In this document: piece by piece, positions 49,048 through 58,489 of the stretch
How the letters are laid out: each line of letters starts with the position of its first letter
Numbering within the stretch: position 1 is the first letter of the stretch
The notes under the pieces: model-generated
Told to the model about the DNA's origin: nothing
Databases searched by the model: none
Seen by the model: the letters and a program-made list of their open reading frames with translations, nothing else
Translations under genes and position numbers: made by a program
Assembly: GCA_965204535.1 (NCBI GenBank)
Contig: CBDBEV010000001.1
Location: forward strand, 1,376,001-1,440,000
DNA: 64,000 nt
Reading direction: 5' to 3'
From: a bacterium
GTDB lineage: Bacteria; UBA8248

Positions 49048-50280
49048 TCACGCATCGATGACGCGGAAGCTCCTGTCCTGCGGAATGAGCATCTCCCAGC
49101 CGTTTTCCTTAACGACGACCGAGTATTCGATCTGGTAGCCGCCCAGGCCGAACGTGCCGATGGGCGCCTCGATGTTGATCACCGAATCGACGGGCAGGGG
49201 AATCTCCGAGGTCGTCGGATAGAACGGCCCGTCGTGCTTCGACTCGGGTCCCAGGATGAAGGGGAACTCCCTGGCTTCGAGGCCGATGGTGTGGCCGGCG
49301 AAGGGGGCGTCGAACTCGGGAAAGCGCGACTGGATTCCCCGGACCAGCGCCTGGTATATCTGGTTGCCCGTGCAACCGGCCTTGATGACCTCCAGGCACT
49401 CGTGGAACCCCTCATCGATTCCCTTCCATTCGCGCTGCACCCGCGCGCTCGGCTCGCCGATGGAGCCGCAGCTTCCCGTGTCGGCGTTGTAGTTCTTGTG
49501 GAAAAGGCCGGCGTCGAACATGAAGCCGTCGCCTTTTTCGAGCTTTCTGTCGGTGGGCGGGAAGATGAAGACGCCCCTCGGGCCCGAGTTGAAGTGGAAC
49601 CAGTGCCACATGCCGCCGGGCCGGGCCACCTCCTGACGCCAGACCTCGGCCACCTCGCGCTCGCTCACGCCCTCATGCAGGAAGTCGAACACTTTTTCGA
49701 TGGCGTCTTCGTTCACCTGGGCCGCCTCGCGCAGGCGGTCGAGCTCGTCCGCCGTCTTGACGAGCCGCGTCATCAGGAACAGGCCCGAGCCGGGGATGAA
49801 TTCGCAGCCGGGGAGTTTTTCCTTGAGCGTCTCGAACAGGCTGTCCGGGCAGCCCTCCTCGTCCAGGGCGATTCTGCCGGAGGTGATGCCCCGGTCCTTA
49901 AGTGCTGCGAGGAGGCCGTCCAAGAGCGTCGCGTGCCTGGCCCCGCTGGCGTGAAGTTCGCGGTAGCGCCTCATCTCCTCATCATGCGGCTCGTAGCCTT
50001 CCGGCTCGATGTGGTTCGCCTGTCCGCCCCAGACGTAGACGTTCTCCGCGTGCCCGCCGTAGGCGGCGTAATAGGTGTTGTCCGCGCGGTTCATGATGAG
50101 GTCGGTGCCGGCGTCCGGGTCGTTGGTGATGACGCCGTAGCTTTTTCGCGCGCGGTAGACCCGCTGCGCCCAGCCGATGTGGCCCGTCAGATAGGTGACG
50201 TTCTCGAGCGTTGTGCCGATCATGGCCGCCACGTCGTGTTCTCTCATCAGTTCCAGCGCGCGTTCCCTGTTGTAGAGCAT
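49048..50280 (-). CDS. M24-family (Xaa-Pro peptidase/creatinase-like) hydrolase
   Basis: ENVTYLTG, RLVKTADEL, FDAG...YNADT, GHTIGL, NIEAP and QIEY. Confidence 0.88.
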   Translation of the reverse strand: MLYNRERALELMREHDVAAMIGTTLENVTYLTGHIGWAQRVYRARKSYGVITNDPDAGTDLIMNRADNTYYAAYGGHAENVYVWGGQANHIEPEGYEPHDEEMRRYRELHASGARHATLLDGLLAALKDRGITSGRIALDEEGCPDSLFETLKEKLPGCEFIPGSGLFLMTRLVKTADELDRLREAAQVNEDAIEKVFDFLHEGVSEREVAEVWRQEVARPGGMWHWFHFNSGPRGVFIFPPTDRKLEKGDGFMFDAGLFHKNYNADTGSCGSIGEPSARVQREWKGIDEGFHECLEVIKAGCTGNQIYQALVRGIQSRFPEFDAPFAGHTIGLEAREFPFILGPESKHDGPFYPTTSEIPLPVDSVINIEAPIGTFGLGGYQIEYSVVVKENGWEMLIPQDRSFRVIDA

Positions 50281-50494
50281 GTTTTTCTCCCTGAAAAATT
50301 TCTTTCACTGCACGGAATTTTGTTGGAAAATATCTCGGGGGGAATATGTACCACAACCAAAGCGCATCAAGCGAGGCTGTGCGCCTTGACGGAAAGCGGG
50401 ACGAAGCGCAAGGTTCATTAGAAGTAAGGGTGATTGGCTATTTCTTTGGTTGTGCATCTCTTTGATTCATCATCGTCGTGAGGGGGAGTCGAGC

Positions 50495-51070
50495 GTGGAA
50501 CTGGATCGCGCGAGTGCGGAGGCGCTTTTGTTCGAGTGGACCAAAAGCCCGGGTCTCAGAGCGCACGCCCGGGCGGTGGAGGCCGCCCTGCGCGCCTATG
50601 CGAGGAAATACGGAGAAGACGAGGCGCTTTGGGGCGTCACCGGCCTGCTCCACGACATGGATTACGAAAAGCATCCCTCGCCCGAAGAACACCCCGAGAC
50701 CGGCTGTGCGGTACTGCGCGAGGCGGGTTACCCCGAGGAGATGATACAGGCCATCCTGGGGCATGCGGAGTATCTGAACGTCCCCCGCGAGACGCGCCTC
50801 GCCCAGGCGCTCTTCGCCGTGGACGAACTGGTGGGCCTCATCACCGCCGTCGCCCTGGTGAATCCGGCGAAGGACATCCGCCAGGTGAAGCCGCGAAGCA
50901 TACGGAAAAAATGGAAGGACAAGAATTTCGCCAAGGGCGTGAATCGCGCGGACGTGGAGTTGGGAGCTTCCGAGTTGGGGGTGCCTCTGGAGGAGCACGT
51001 CGCCTTCACGCTCGAAGCCATGCAGGGGGCGGCTGAGGACCTGGGACTCGACGGCTCGCGTGCGGGCTGA
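50495..51070 (+). CDS. HDIG/HD-domain metal-dependent phosphohydrolase
   Basis: LRAHARAVE, GLLHDMDYE, AILGH and FAKGVNR; GTG 50495. Confidence 0.9.
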   Translation: MELDRASAEALLFEWTKSPGLRAHARAVEAALRAYARKYGEDEALWGVTGLLHDMDYEKHPSPEEHPETGCAVLREAGYPEEMIQAILGHAEYLNVPRETRLAQALFAVDELVGLITAVALVNPAKDIRQVKPRSIRKKWKDKNFAKGVNRADVELGASELGVPLEEHVAFTLEAMQGAAEDLGLDGSRAG

Positions 51071-51107
51071 TGTGTTTGATTTTTTTGAAAAAAAGGTTGA
51101 CTTTGCG

Positions 51108-51136
51108 TTGACGGCTTTAATGGATTTCCGCATAAT
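51108..51136 (+). promoter_or_regulatory. Sigma70-type promoter upstream of korAB
   Basis: TTGACG-N17-CATAAT preceded by A/T tracts. Confidence 0.6.
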
Positions 51137-51290
51137 TCGCGCTCGGCTGGTTGGTCGATAACTCGCCACTCGGACTCAAAAAAAGACATGCTCGAAAAAG
51201 ACATGCACGACATATGGTATTTCACGGTGAATAAAACCCTCCACGTGTTCTCCTACACCAGGTCTATCCAATTAAAGGACAACCAAACCA

Positions 51291-53147
51291 ATGGCTGAGT
51301 CTTCAGGTAAAAACGGGGCTGAGAAGCAGCTTGTTGAACTCGAAACGGTGGCGATTCGCTTCGCCGGCGACTCCGGCGACGGGATGCAGCTCACCGGAGA
51401 CAGGTTCACGAACGCGGCGGCCATCGCCGGGAACGATCTGAGCACGTTCCCCGACTTTCCCGCCGAGATTCGCGCCCCGGTCGGGACGCTTGCCGGAGTC
51501 AGCGGGTTCCAGATCAACTTCTCGAGCAGGGACATCCATACGCCGGGCGACGCCGTGGACGTTCTCGTGGCGATGAACCCCGCCGCGCTCAAGACGAGCA
51601 TCGGTGATTTGAAGAGCGGGGGCATCATCATCGCGAACGTCGACAACTTCGGCCAGAAGAACCTGGCCAAGGCCGGCTATGAGTCCAACCCCCTCGAGGA
51701 TGAGGAGTTCAAGAGCAACTATGACATCCACGAGGTGAAGATCACCTCCATGACGCGCCAGGCCCTGGAAGACATGGAGCTTCAGTCCAACCTGGCGGAT
51801 CGGTGCAAGAACTTCTTCGCGCTGGGGCTCATGTACTGGATGTACTCGCGTCCGCTGGAGCCGACCAGGGAGTGGATCGAGGAGAAATTCGGGAAACGAC
51901 CCGAGTTCGTGCAGGCCAACACGCGCGCGCTCGAGGCGGGCTATTTCTTCGGCGAGAACACCGAGGTCTTCACCAGCAACTACATCGTGCGCGAGGCGAC
52001 CTATCCGGCCGGCAGATACAGGAACATCTCGGGCAACGTCGCCCTGGCCTACGGCTTCATCGCGGCGACGAAGAAGATGGGCATCAACCTCTTCTGGGGC
52101 GCATATCCGATTACGCCGGCCAGCGACGTTTTACACGAACTCTCCCGCCACAAGAATTTCGGCGTGCAGACCTTCCAGGCCGAAGATGAAATCGCGGCCG
52201 TATCCGCGGCGCTGGGCGCTTCGTTCACGGGCTCGCTCGGCGTCACTTGCTCCAGCGGCCCCGGCATCGCTCTCAAGGCCGAAGCCATGGGCCTCGGCGT
52301 GATGACGGAGCTTCCCATGGTCATCGCGAACATCCAGCGCGGCGGCCCGAGCACCGGCCTTCCCACGAAGACCGAGCAGGCCGACCTCCTCCAGGTGATG
52401 TTCGGGCGCAACAGCGAAAGCCCGCTGCCGGTCGTGGCGGCGGCCACGCCGGGGGATTGCTTCTGGACGGCGATAGAGGCGAGCCGCCTGGCGGTGAAAT
52501 ACATGACGCCCGTCGTGCTTCTGAGCGATGGCTATCTGGCCAACGGCTCCGAACCCTGGCTGCTGCCCAAGGCGGCGGATATTCCCGAGATGCCCGTGAC
52601 CTTCCGGACGGAGCCGGAAGGTTTTCTTCCCTACCTGCGCGACCCCGAAACGCTGGCGCGTCCGTGGGCGATCCCCGGAACGCCGGGGCTCGAGCACAGG
52701 ATCGGCGGCATCGAGAAGGAAGACCAGACCGGCAACGTCAACTACGAGCCCGAGAACCACGAGTTCATGGTGCGCACGCGCGACGCGAAGATCGCAGGCA
52801 TCGCGAAGGACATCCCGCCGGCGGAGGTCATCGGCGAGGCGAGCGGCAAGGTGCTCGTCATCGGCTGGGGCGGCACCTTCGGCGCCATCACGGCGGCGAT
52901 CGAGGCCTTGCAGGCCCGTGGCGCCTCCGTATCCCAGGTTCATCTGCGTCACCTCAACCCCTTCCCGGCGAACCTGGAAGAAGTGCTCGGCAATTTCGAA
53001 AAAATCCTCGTCCCCGAGTTGAACCTCGGGCAACTCTCCAAGATGCTCCGCTACCAGTATCTGGTCGACACGATCAGCTTCAACAAAATTCAGGGCAAGC
53101 CCTTCAAGGTCGGCGAACTGATTACCAAGATTGAGGAGTTACTCTAA
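51291..53147 (+). CDS. korA: 2-oxoacid:ferredoxin oxidoreductase alpha subunit (gamma-alpha fusion)
   Basis: AGDSGDG, YPITPAS, QAEDEIAA and QRGGPSTGLPT; substrate not determinable. Confidence 0.92.
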   Translation: MAESSGKNGAEKQLVELETVAIRFAGDSGDGMQLTGDRFTNAAAIAGNDLSTFPDFPAEIRAPVGTLAGVSGFQINFSSRDIHTPGDAVDVLVAMNPAALKTSIGDLKSGGIIIANVDNFGQKNLAKAGYESNPLEDEEFKSNYDIHEVKITSMTRQALEDMELQSNLADRCKNFFALGLMYWMYSRPLEPTREWIEEKFGKRPEFVQANTRALEAGYFFGENTEVFTSNYIVREATYPAGRYRNISGNVALAYGFIAATKKMGINLFWGAYPITPASDVLHELSRHKNFGVQTFQAEDEIAAVSAALGASFTGSLGVTCSSGPGIALKAEAMGLGVMTELPMVIANIQRGGPSTGLPTKTEQADLLQVMFGRNSESPLPVVAAATPGDCFWTAIEASRLAVKYMTPVVLLSDGYLANGSEPWLLPKAADIPEMPVTFRTEPEGFLPYLRDPETLARPWAIPGTPGLEHRIGGIEKEDQTGNVNYEPENHEFMVRTRDAKIAGIAKDIPPAEVIGEASGKVLVIGWGGTFGAITAAIEALQARGASVSQVHLRHLNPFPANLEEVLGNFEKILVPELNLGQLSKMLRYQYLVDTISFNKIQGKPFKVGELITKIEELL

Positions 53148-54170
53148 ATGTCAACGACGACAGCCAAGAATGGCGGGGGTTTGGGCCTCACCCGCAAGGA
53201 TTTTCAGTCCGACCAGGTCGTGCGCTGGTGCCCGGGTTGCGGCGACTACGCGATTCTGGCGCAGATGCAAAAAGTCTTGCCGACGCTCGAGATCCCGCGC
53301 GAGAAGTTCGTGTTCATCTCCGGCATCGGCTGCGCGGCGCGCTTTCCCTACTATATGGACACGTTCGGTTTCCACACCATTCACGGACGCGCGCCTGCGT
53401 TCGCCACCGGCGTGAAGGTGAGCAACCCGGACCTTTCCGTCTGGGTCATCAGCGGCGACGGCGACGCGCTGTCCATCGGCGGAAACCACCTGATCCACTC
53501 CATGCGCCGCAACGTGGGCGTGAAGATCATTCTCTTCAACAACCGCGTGTACGGATTGACCAAGGGCCAGTATTCGCCGACCTCGCTTCTGGGCTCGCGC
53601 ACGAAGTCCACGCCCATCGGCTCGGTGGACTATCCGCTCCACCCGCTGACGCTGGCCCTGGGGGCGGAATGCAGTTTCGTCGCCCGCACGACGGACAGGG
53701 ATCAGAAGCACATGGCCGCGATGTTCGAGGAGATGGCGAACCACGAGGGAACGTCGCTGCTCGAGGTGCTGCAGAACTGCATCGTGTTCAACGACGGCGC
53801 GTGGCACAAGTTCACCGAGAAAGGCATGAAAGAGCAGAACGTGATTTATCTCGAAGACGGCCAGCCCCTCGTCTACGGCCCGGAGGATGAGCGCAAGGGC
53901 ATTTCCCTCGAGGATTACAAGGTCCGCATCGTCGAGGCCGATTCTCCCGACGTCACCGTCCACCGCGTGGACGACGAGGCGGGCGGCTACGCGCATATCC
54001 TGAGCCGGGTCGAACTCGAAGGCGGCCCCGTGCCCCTGGGCGTCCTGCGAAAGGTGGAGCGGCCGCCGTTCGAGGGATTGATGGTGGATCAAGTCGCCGC
54101 GGCCCAGGCGAAAGGCGAGGGCGATATCGACACGCTCTTGAATTCGGGAGATACCTGGGAGCACAGCTAG
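53148..54170 (+). CDS. korB: 2-oxoacid:ferredoxin oxidoreductase beta subunit
   Basis: WCPGCG, SGIGC, HGR and the GDGD...NN TPP-binding motif. Confidence 0.92.
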   Translation: MSTTTAKNGGGLGLTRKDFQSDQVVRWCPGCGDYAILAQMQKVLPTLEIPREKFVFISGIGCAARFPYYMDTFGFHTIHGRAPAFATGVKVSNPDLSVWVISGDGDALSIGGNHLIHSMRRNVGVKIILFNNRVYGLTKGQYSPTSLLGSRTKSTPIGSVDYPLHPLTLALGAECSFVARTTDRDQKHMAAMFEEMANHEGTSLLEVLQNCIVFNDGAWHKFTEKGMKEQNVIYLEDGQPLVYGPEDERKGISLEDYKVRIVEADSPDVTVHRVDDEAGGYAHILSRVELEGGPVPLGVLRKVERPPFEGLMVDQVAAAQAKGEGDIDTLLNSGDTWEHS

Positions 54171-54184
54171 TATTCGTCGCCTCC

Positions 54185-54218
54185 AAGGGCCGCCGGTTTC
54201 CGTTCCGGCGGCCTTTCT
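54185..54218 (+). terminator. Terminator-like hairpin after korB
   Basis: ggccgccgg/ccggcggcc stem followed by TTTCT. Confidence 0.65.
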
Positions 54219-54242
54219 CGCGCCTCCGGGCGTCCGGAAACC

Positions 54243-55112
54243 ATGTCCAAAACCTTCACCCTCATGCTGGTTCATGCGCACCCCGACGATGAGTGCAGCA
54301 GCACGGGCGGCCTGATTCTCAGGAGCGCGCGCGAGGGCCACCGCGTCATACTCATCACCTGCACCAACGGCGAGATGGGCAAGATGGAGCATCTCGGCGA
54401 AAACCTCGACCCCGATTCCGAGACGGACCAGGACAGACTCGGGGAGATCAGGCTCGAAGAACTCGAACGGGCGGCGCGGGTATTAGGGGTTTCTGAAGTT
54501 CACGCCCTGGGCTATCGCGATTCGGGCATGGACGGCTGGGAGGGCAACGGGCATCCCCGGGCGTTCAAGAACGCCGATGAGGAAGAAGTCGTCGGCAGAT
54601 TAGCGGGCTACATACGCCGCTATCGCCCCGACGTGGTCGTCACCTACAACGAGCAGGGCGGATACGGCCACCCCGATCACTTGATGGCCAACAAGGTCAC
54701 CACCGAGGCGTTGGAGGCGGCCGCGGACCCCGCCAGATTCCCCGAAGAAGGACGAGAGTCCTGGCGTGTGCCCAAGTTCTACCACACCGCCTGGTCGCGC
54801 ACGAAGATGCTGCGCGCCTGGCGCTGGATGAAGTTGTTCGGGCAGAAAACGCCGCTCGACGATCCCGATTTCCGGGAAGACAAGTACGGGACGCCTGATG
54901 AGTTCATCACCACCCGCGTGAACATCCGCAGGTACCTTCGCCGCAAATGGCGCGCCCTCACCGCGCACAAGAGCCAGATCAACGGGAATTTCTTCTGGTG
55001 GTTCGTCCGCATGACGGGGCGGTGGCTCTACAACGAGGAGACCTTCGTTTGCGCCCAATCGCAAGTAAAGGTTCGAGAGGGCGAAAGATCGGTGTTCGAG
55101 GGCCTGTCCTGA
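54243..55112 (+). CDS. PIG-L family deacetylase (Mca/MshB-like)
   Basis: HAHPDDE, TNGE, YRDSGM, GGYGHPDH and AHKSQ. Confidence 0.9.
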   Translation: MSKTFTLMLVHAHPDDECSSTGGLILRSAREGHRVILITCTNGEMGKMEHLGENLDPDSETDQDRLGEIRLEELERAARVLGVSEVHALGYRDSGMDGWEGNGHPRAFKNADEEEVVGRLAGYIRRYRPDVVVTYNEQGGYGHPDHLMANKVTTEALEAAADPARFPEEGRESWRVPKFYHTAWSRTKMLRAWRWMKLFGQKTPLDDPDFREDKYGTPDEFITTRVNIRRYLRRKWRALTAHKSQINGNFFWWFVRMTGRWLYNEETFVCAQSQVKVREGERSVFEGLS

Positions 55113-55385
55113 GCCGCCTGGAGGTTGTTGAAACAGTCCCGGAACTCTGGATTTGTCGTATGTAACCGACCTACGAGAGAGAAAAATCACTCCCCCTTTG
55201 AGGGGCATGGCCAAGGAAGAAGGAAGTAAATTCACTCCCCCCTTGAGGGGGAGTCGATGAAGCCGAGCGGTTTATGCGAAGGCTGAATCGGTGGGGGGTA
55301 AAATGCGTTTTATCGCCATTCCGAATCATACCCCCCACCGATTCGGTTTCGGGTTTACACCCTCACCTCATCGACTCCCCCTCAA

Positions 55386-56901
55386 GGGGCTGTTGAAAAA
55401 CCCCTGGTTTTGTGATCGTATGGATGTATTCCCCCTCGCCCGAGATGGGAGTTCCGGAGATGTTGGACCGCAAGAGGCGCGAGCAGATGGACTTGTTCGT
55501 GGCCGGCCCGCTGGAGAAGTTGATTCCCGAAGATCACATATTGCGCCAGGTGGACCGCGTACTGGATTTGAGTTGGCTTCGCGAGGAAGTGGCGGAGTGC
55601 TATTGCGCGGACAACGGTCGACCGGGGATCGACCCGGAAGTGGTGATCCGGTTGATGCTGGCGGGCCTGCTGCTGGGCTACGCGGAGGATCGCCGCCTGC
55701 TGCGCGAGGCGCAGGCGCATCTGGCGGTCCGGTGGTTCATCGGGTACAGGCTGGACGAGGATTTGCCGGATCATTCGAGCCTGACGCGTATCCGTCAACG
55801 CTGGGGGGAGGAGCGGTTCAAGGAGATATTTCGGCGCACGGTTCAGTCTTGCGTGGAGGCGAAGGTGGCGAAGGGAGAAGTGGTTCACATGGACGCGTCT
55901 TTGATACGCGCGGACGTGAGCTGGGAGAGTCTGGCGGAGCGCCACGCGGAGAAGGTGGTGCGGGAGAACGACTCGGAGGATGAGACGGGGAAGAAGGGCG
56001 GCGGCGGGGGTTCGGGTCCGGTGAGCCGAACGGACCCCGACGCGCGCCTGGCGCGCAAGAGCGCTCGGGCGGGGTTCGAGCCGAGCTATAAGCACCACGC
56101 GGTGGTGGACGACGAGCGTGGGGTGGTTCTCGACGTAGAGGTGACGGAGGGGACGTTGAACGAGCGGGAGATGATGGAGCCGCAGTTGGATGCGGTTTGC
56201 GAGCTCACGGGTCGCGCGCCCGCGGTGGTGACGGCGGATAGTGGTTATGCGTATTCGAAGGTGTACGGCGCATTGGAGCGTCGGGGGGTCGCCGCGCTGA
56301 TACCGGCGAAGAAGGAACCCACCCAGAGCCGGGTGCCGTTGCAACTGTTCCGCTACGACGAGCGGAATGAGGTGGTGAAGTGTCCGGGGGGCAAGACGCT
56401 GCGCCCCCGGAAGGAGACGGAGCGGGGGCGCTGGTATGTATCGAGGACCCGCGATTGCGCGGGTTGCGCGCTCAAGGCCGATTGTCTGTCGGCGTCTCGC
56501 ACGAGCAGGGCGGTTCTGATTCCGCACGAGTATCCGGCGCTGTTGCGCGCGCGCCGTCGCCACGCGCGCCGGGGGGAGGAGGAGGGCCGGCTGTGGCGCC
56601 GCCACATGTCGCGTTCGGAGGGCTATCACGGCGAGGCGAAGAGTCGGCACGGACTGGCGCGGGCGGTACGCCGGGGTCTTGCGAACGTGAAGATCCAGGC
56701 CTACCTGACGGCGACTGCGGTGAACCTCAAGCGGCTCGCCGCCGCTGTGGCCGCGGGTTTATTCGCTCTGTGGCGGGCCTGGGCCGCCCGGAAACGCCGA
56801 ATGAGCGCATATCGCGGCCTCACGCGCCGATTGGGCTTCCTCTCCCAGGCCGCGTGAGCCGCCATACATCCCGCTTCAAAACGAGGTTTTTCAACAGCCC
56901 C
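55386..56901 (+). mobile_element. IS1182-family insertion sequence, copy 2 (1516 bp)
   Basis: Perfect 15-bp IR GGGGCTGTTGAAAAA; 5-bp direct repeat CTCAA at 55381-55385 and 56902-56906. Confidence 0.93.
55460..56857 (+). CDS. IS1182-family DDE transposase
   Basis: Close paralog of 32080-33474 with one extra Gly codon. Confidence 0.92.
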   Translation: MLDRKRREQMDLFVAGPLEKLIPEDHILRQVDRVLDLSWLREEVAECYCADNGRPGIDPEVVIRLMLAGLLLGYAEDRRLLREAQAHLAVRWFIGYRLDEDLPDHSSLTRIRQRWGEERFKEIFRRTVQSCVEAKVAKGEVVHMDASLIRADVSWESLAERHAEKVVRENDSEDETGKKGGGGGSGPVSRTDPDARLARKSARAGFEPSYKHHAVVDDERGVVLDVEVTEGTLNEREMMEPQLDAVCELTGRAPAVVTADSGYAYSKVYGALERRGVAALIPAKKEPTQSRVPLQLFRYDERNEVVKCPGGKTLRPRKETERGRWYVSRTRDCAGCALKADCLSASRTSRAVLIPHEYPALLRARRRHARRGEEEGRLWRRHMSRSEGYHGEAKSRHGLARAVRRGLANVKIQAYLTATAVNLKRLAAAVAAGLFALWRAWAARKRRMSAYRGLTRRLGFLSQAA

Positions 56902-57076
56902 CTCAAGGGGGGAGTGAATGGCAATCTCAAGGGAAGAGTGAATCCCGACCTTCTGGATTATTCACCGTAGGGACAGGTCGCGACCTCGGACAGGCCCCTG
57001 TGCCTGTCCGTTACAGATGCGATGCGGTTTTGATCGTCATGACGGCGGTGGTCAATTCCGAGCAGGGAGGGCTTTT

Positions 57077-57475
57077 TCAACAATCCCCGCCGGAAAGGGG
57101 CTTGCTGACTTCGATCAAGAACCCGTTCGGGTCCTTCAGCATGAACATGCGCACGCCCCAGGGGGCGTCGAGTGGCGGGAAAACGGTTTCCGCGCCTTTT
57201 TCCACGAGGACATCATAGGCGCGGTCCACGTCCTCGGGCGAGAGCGTGACGACGACGCCCGAGCCCCTGGGTTCCCGGAGAGGTTCGAGATTCCACTTGC
57301 GCATCTCCTCATCCGGAATCGGCGCGTGGATGACGAGCGAGGTTCCTCCCACGTCATATCGCACGTGTTGTTTCTCCCGGCTCGCTTCTTTCAGTCCCAG
57401 CGTTTCGGTATAAAAACGACACGACGCCTCGTAGTCTTTGGTGATGAGAAAAACGGCGGGCAGCGATTCGAACAA
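57077..57475 (-). CDS. VOC/glyoxalase family protein
   Basis: FYTETLGL, PWGVR and KDPNGFLIEV; the stop codon lies inside an IS-like inverted repeat. Confidence 0.88.
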   Translation of the reverse strand: MFESLPAVFLITKDYEASCRFYTETLGLKEASREKQHVRYDVGGTSLVIHAPIPDEEMRKWNLEPLREPRGSGVVVTLSPEDVDRAYDVLVEKGAETVFPPLDAPWGVRMFMLKDPNGFLIEVSKPLSGGDC

Positions 57476-57519
57476 TTCAGACTCCTTGCAGTTCTTATGC
57501 GCTCGTTTGGAGAAAAGGA

Positions 57520-58203
57520 ATGCCCCATCCCCTGGTCGAGCTGAAAGAAGTATCCAAAACCTACGTTGCGGGCGACGTGCTCATCCACGCGCTCAAAGAC
57601 GTGAACTTCCGGGCGGAACAGGGCGAGTTTATCACGGTTTCGGGCCCGAGCGGCTCGGGCAAGAGCACGTTTCTGCACCTGATGGGCGCGGTCGATGCGC
57701 CCTCGAGCGGCGAGGTGTTTCTGGGCGGACGCGAAATATCGCGCCTGAGTGATGAGGGCCTGAGCGAAATTCGCCGCAAAGAGGTGGGCTTCATCCATCA
57801 GTTCTTTCACCTCATGCCGACGATGACGGCTTATGAAAACGTCGCCCTGCCGCTCCTGCTTCAGGGCCGGAAGCGCGCCGAGATCAAGGAGATGGCCGAA
57901 AACGCCCTGGCGCGCGTGGGGCTTGAGAACCGGATGCGGAGCTTCCCGAGGCAACTCTCGGGCGGCGAGATGCAGCGCGTGGCCGTTGCGCGCGCCGTCA
58001 TCCACAAACCCCGTCTCATCCTCGCCGATGAGCCGACGGGAAACCTCGATTCCGAAAACTCGCAAAATGTCCTGGAACTCGTCGCAGAACTCCACAAAGA
58101 AGATGGTTTTACGGTCGTCATGGCGACGCACGACCAGATGCCCATACGCTACGCCACCCGAAAAGTCGGTATCACCGATGGCCGTCTGGAGGAGGGTTGT
58201 TGA
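57520..58203 (+). CDS. ABC transporter ATP-binding protein (LolD/MacB type)
   Basis: [29 protein letters not shown] and ATHD. Confidence 0.95.
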   Translation: MPHPLVELKEVSKTYVAGDVLIHALKDVNFRAEQGEFITVSGPSGSGKSTFLHLMGAVDAPSSGEVFLGGREISRLSDEGLSEIRRKEVGFIHQFFHLMPTMTAYENVALPLLLQGRKRAEIKEMAENALARVGLENRMRSFPRQLSGGEMQRVAVARAVIHKPRLILADEPTGNLDSENSQNVLELVAELHKEDGFTVVMATHDQMPIRYATRKVGITDGRLEEGC

Positions 58204-58474
58204 AAAAGACCTGGCTTCGTGATTCGGTGTATGTAATCGACCGGGGAGGGAATATGTACCCACCCGCGTTTGGTGGCGTAGGGGCGGCCCCCCGTGGCCG
58301 CCCGTATCGAAGATGTCTACCCTCGTGGTTGTCCTGCATCAGGACAGGCACGGGGGCCTGTCCCTGCGGTGTACAATTCGATGATCGGGATGCCCTCCCC
58401 AAAAGGGGTTGTTGCCTTTCCAATCGAGAGTGTTCACCGTCATTCCGGGCGAGAAGGGGTTTTTCAACAACCCC
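58193..58474 (+). mobile_element. 282-bp MITE with IS1182-like ends and a 5-bp target duplication
   Basis: Ends AGGGTTGTTGAAAAA and TTTTTCAACAACCCC flanked by GGAGG (58188-58192 and 58475-58479); internal REP doublet 58277-58366. Confidence 0.9.
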
Positions 58475-58489
58475 GGAGGCGGCGGGCTG

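Larger units (their letters stand above)
55231..56918 (-). repeat. Family A element copy 3 (reverse orientation), interrupted by IS1182 in its terminal hairpin
   Basis: ...tcgactccccCTCAA|IS|CTCAAggggggagtgaa. Confidence 0.88.
55121..57087. mobile_element. Nested composite with IS1182-like outer ends around family A copy 3 and IS1182 copy 2
   Basis: GAGGTTGTTGAAACA at 55121 and TTTTTCAACAATCCC ending 57087; flanks match only imperfectly. Confidence 0.55.

Noticed and set aside
51180-51206. AAAAAGACATGC direct repeat upstream of korA
   Set aside because: Only two copies with no second site, so it cannot be distinguished from a chance local duplication.
58198-58203. Cys-TGA endings of the ABC ATPase and the VOC gene as possible Cys-Sec motifs
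   Set aside because: The TGTTGA comes from the mobile-element inverted repeat, and both proteins are essentially complete before it.
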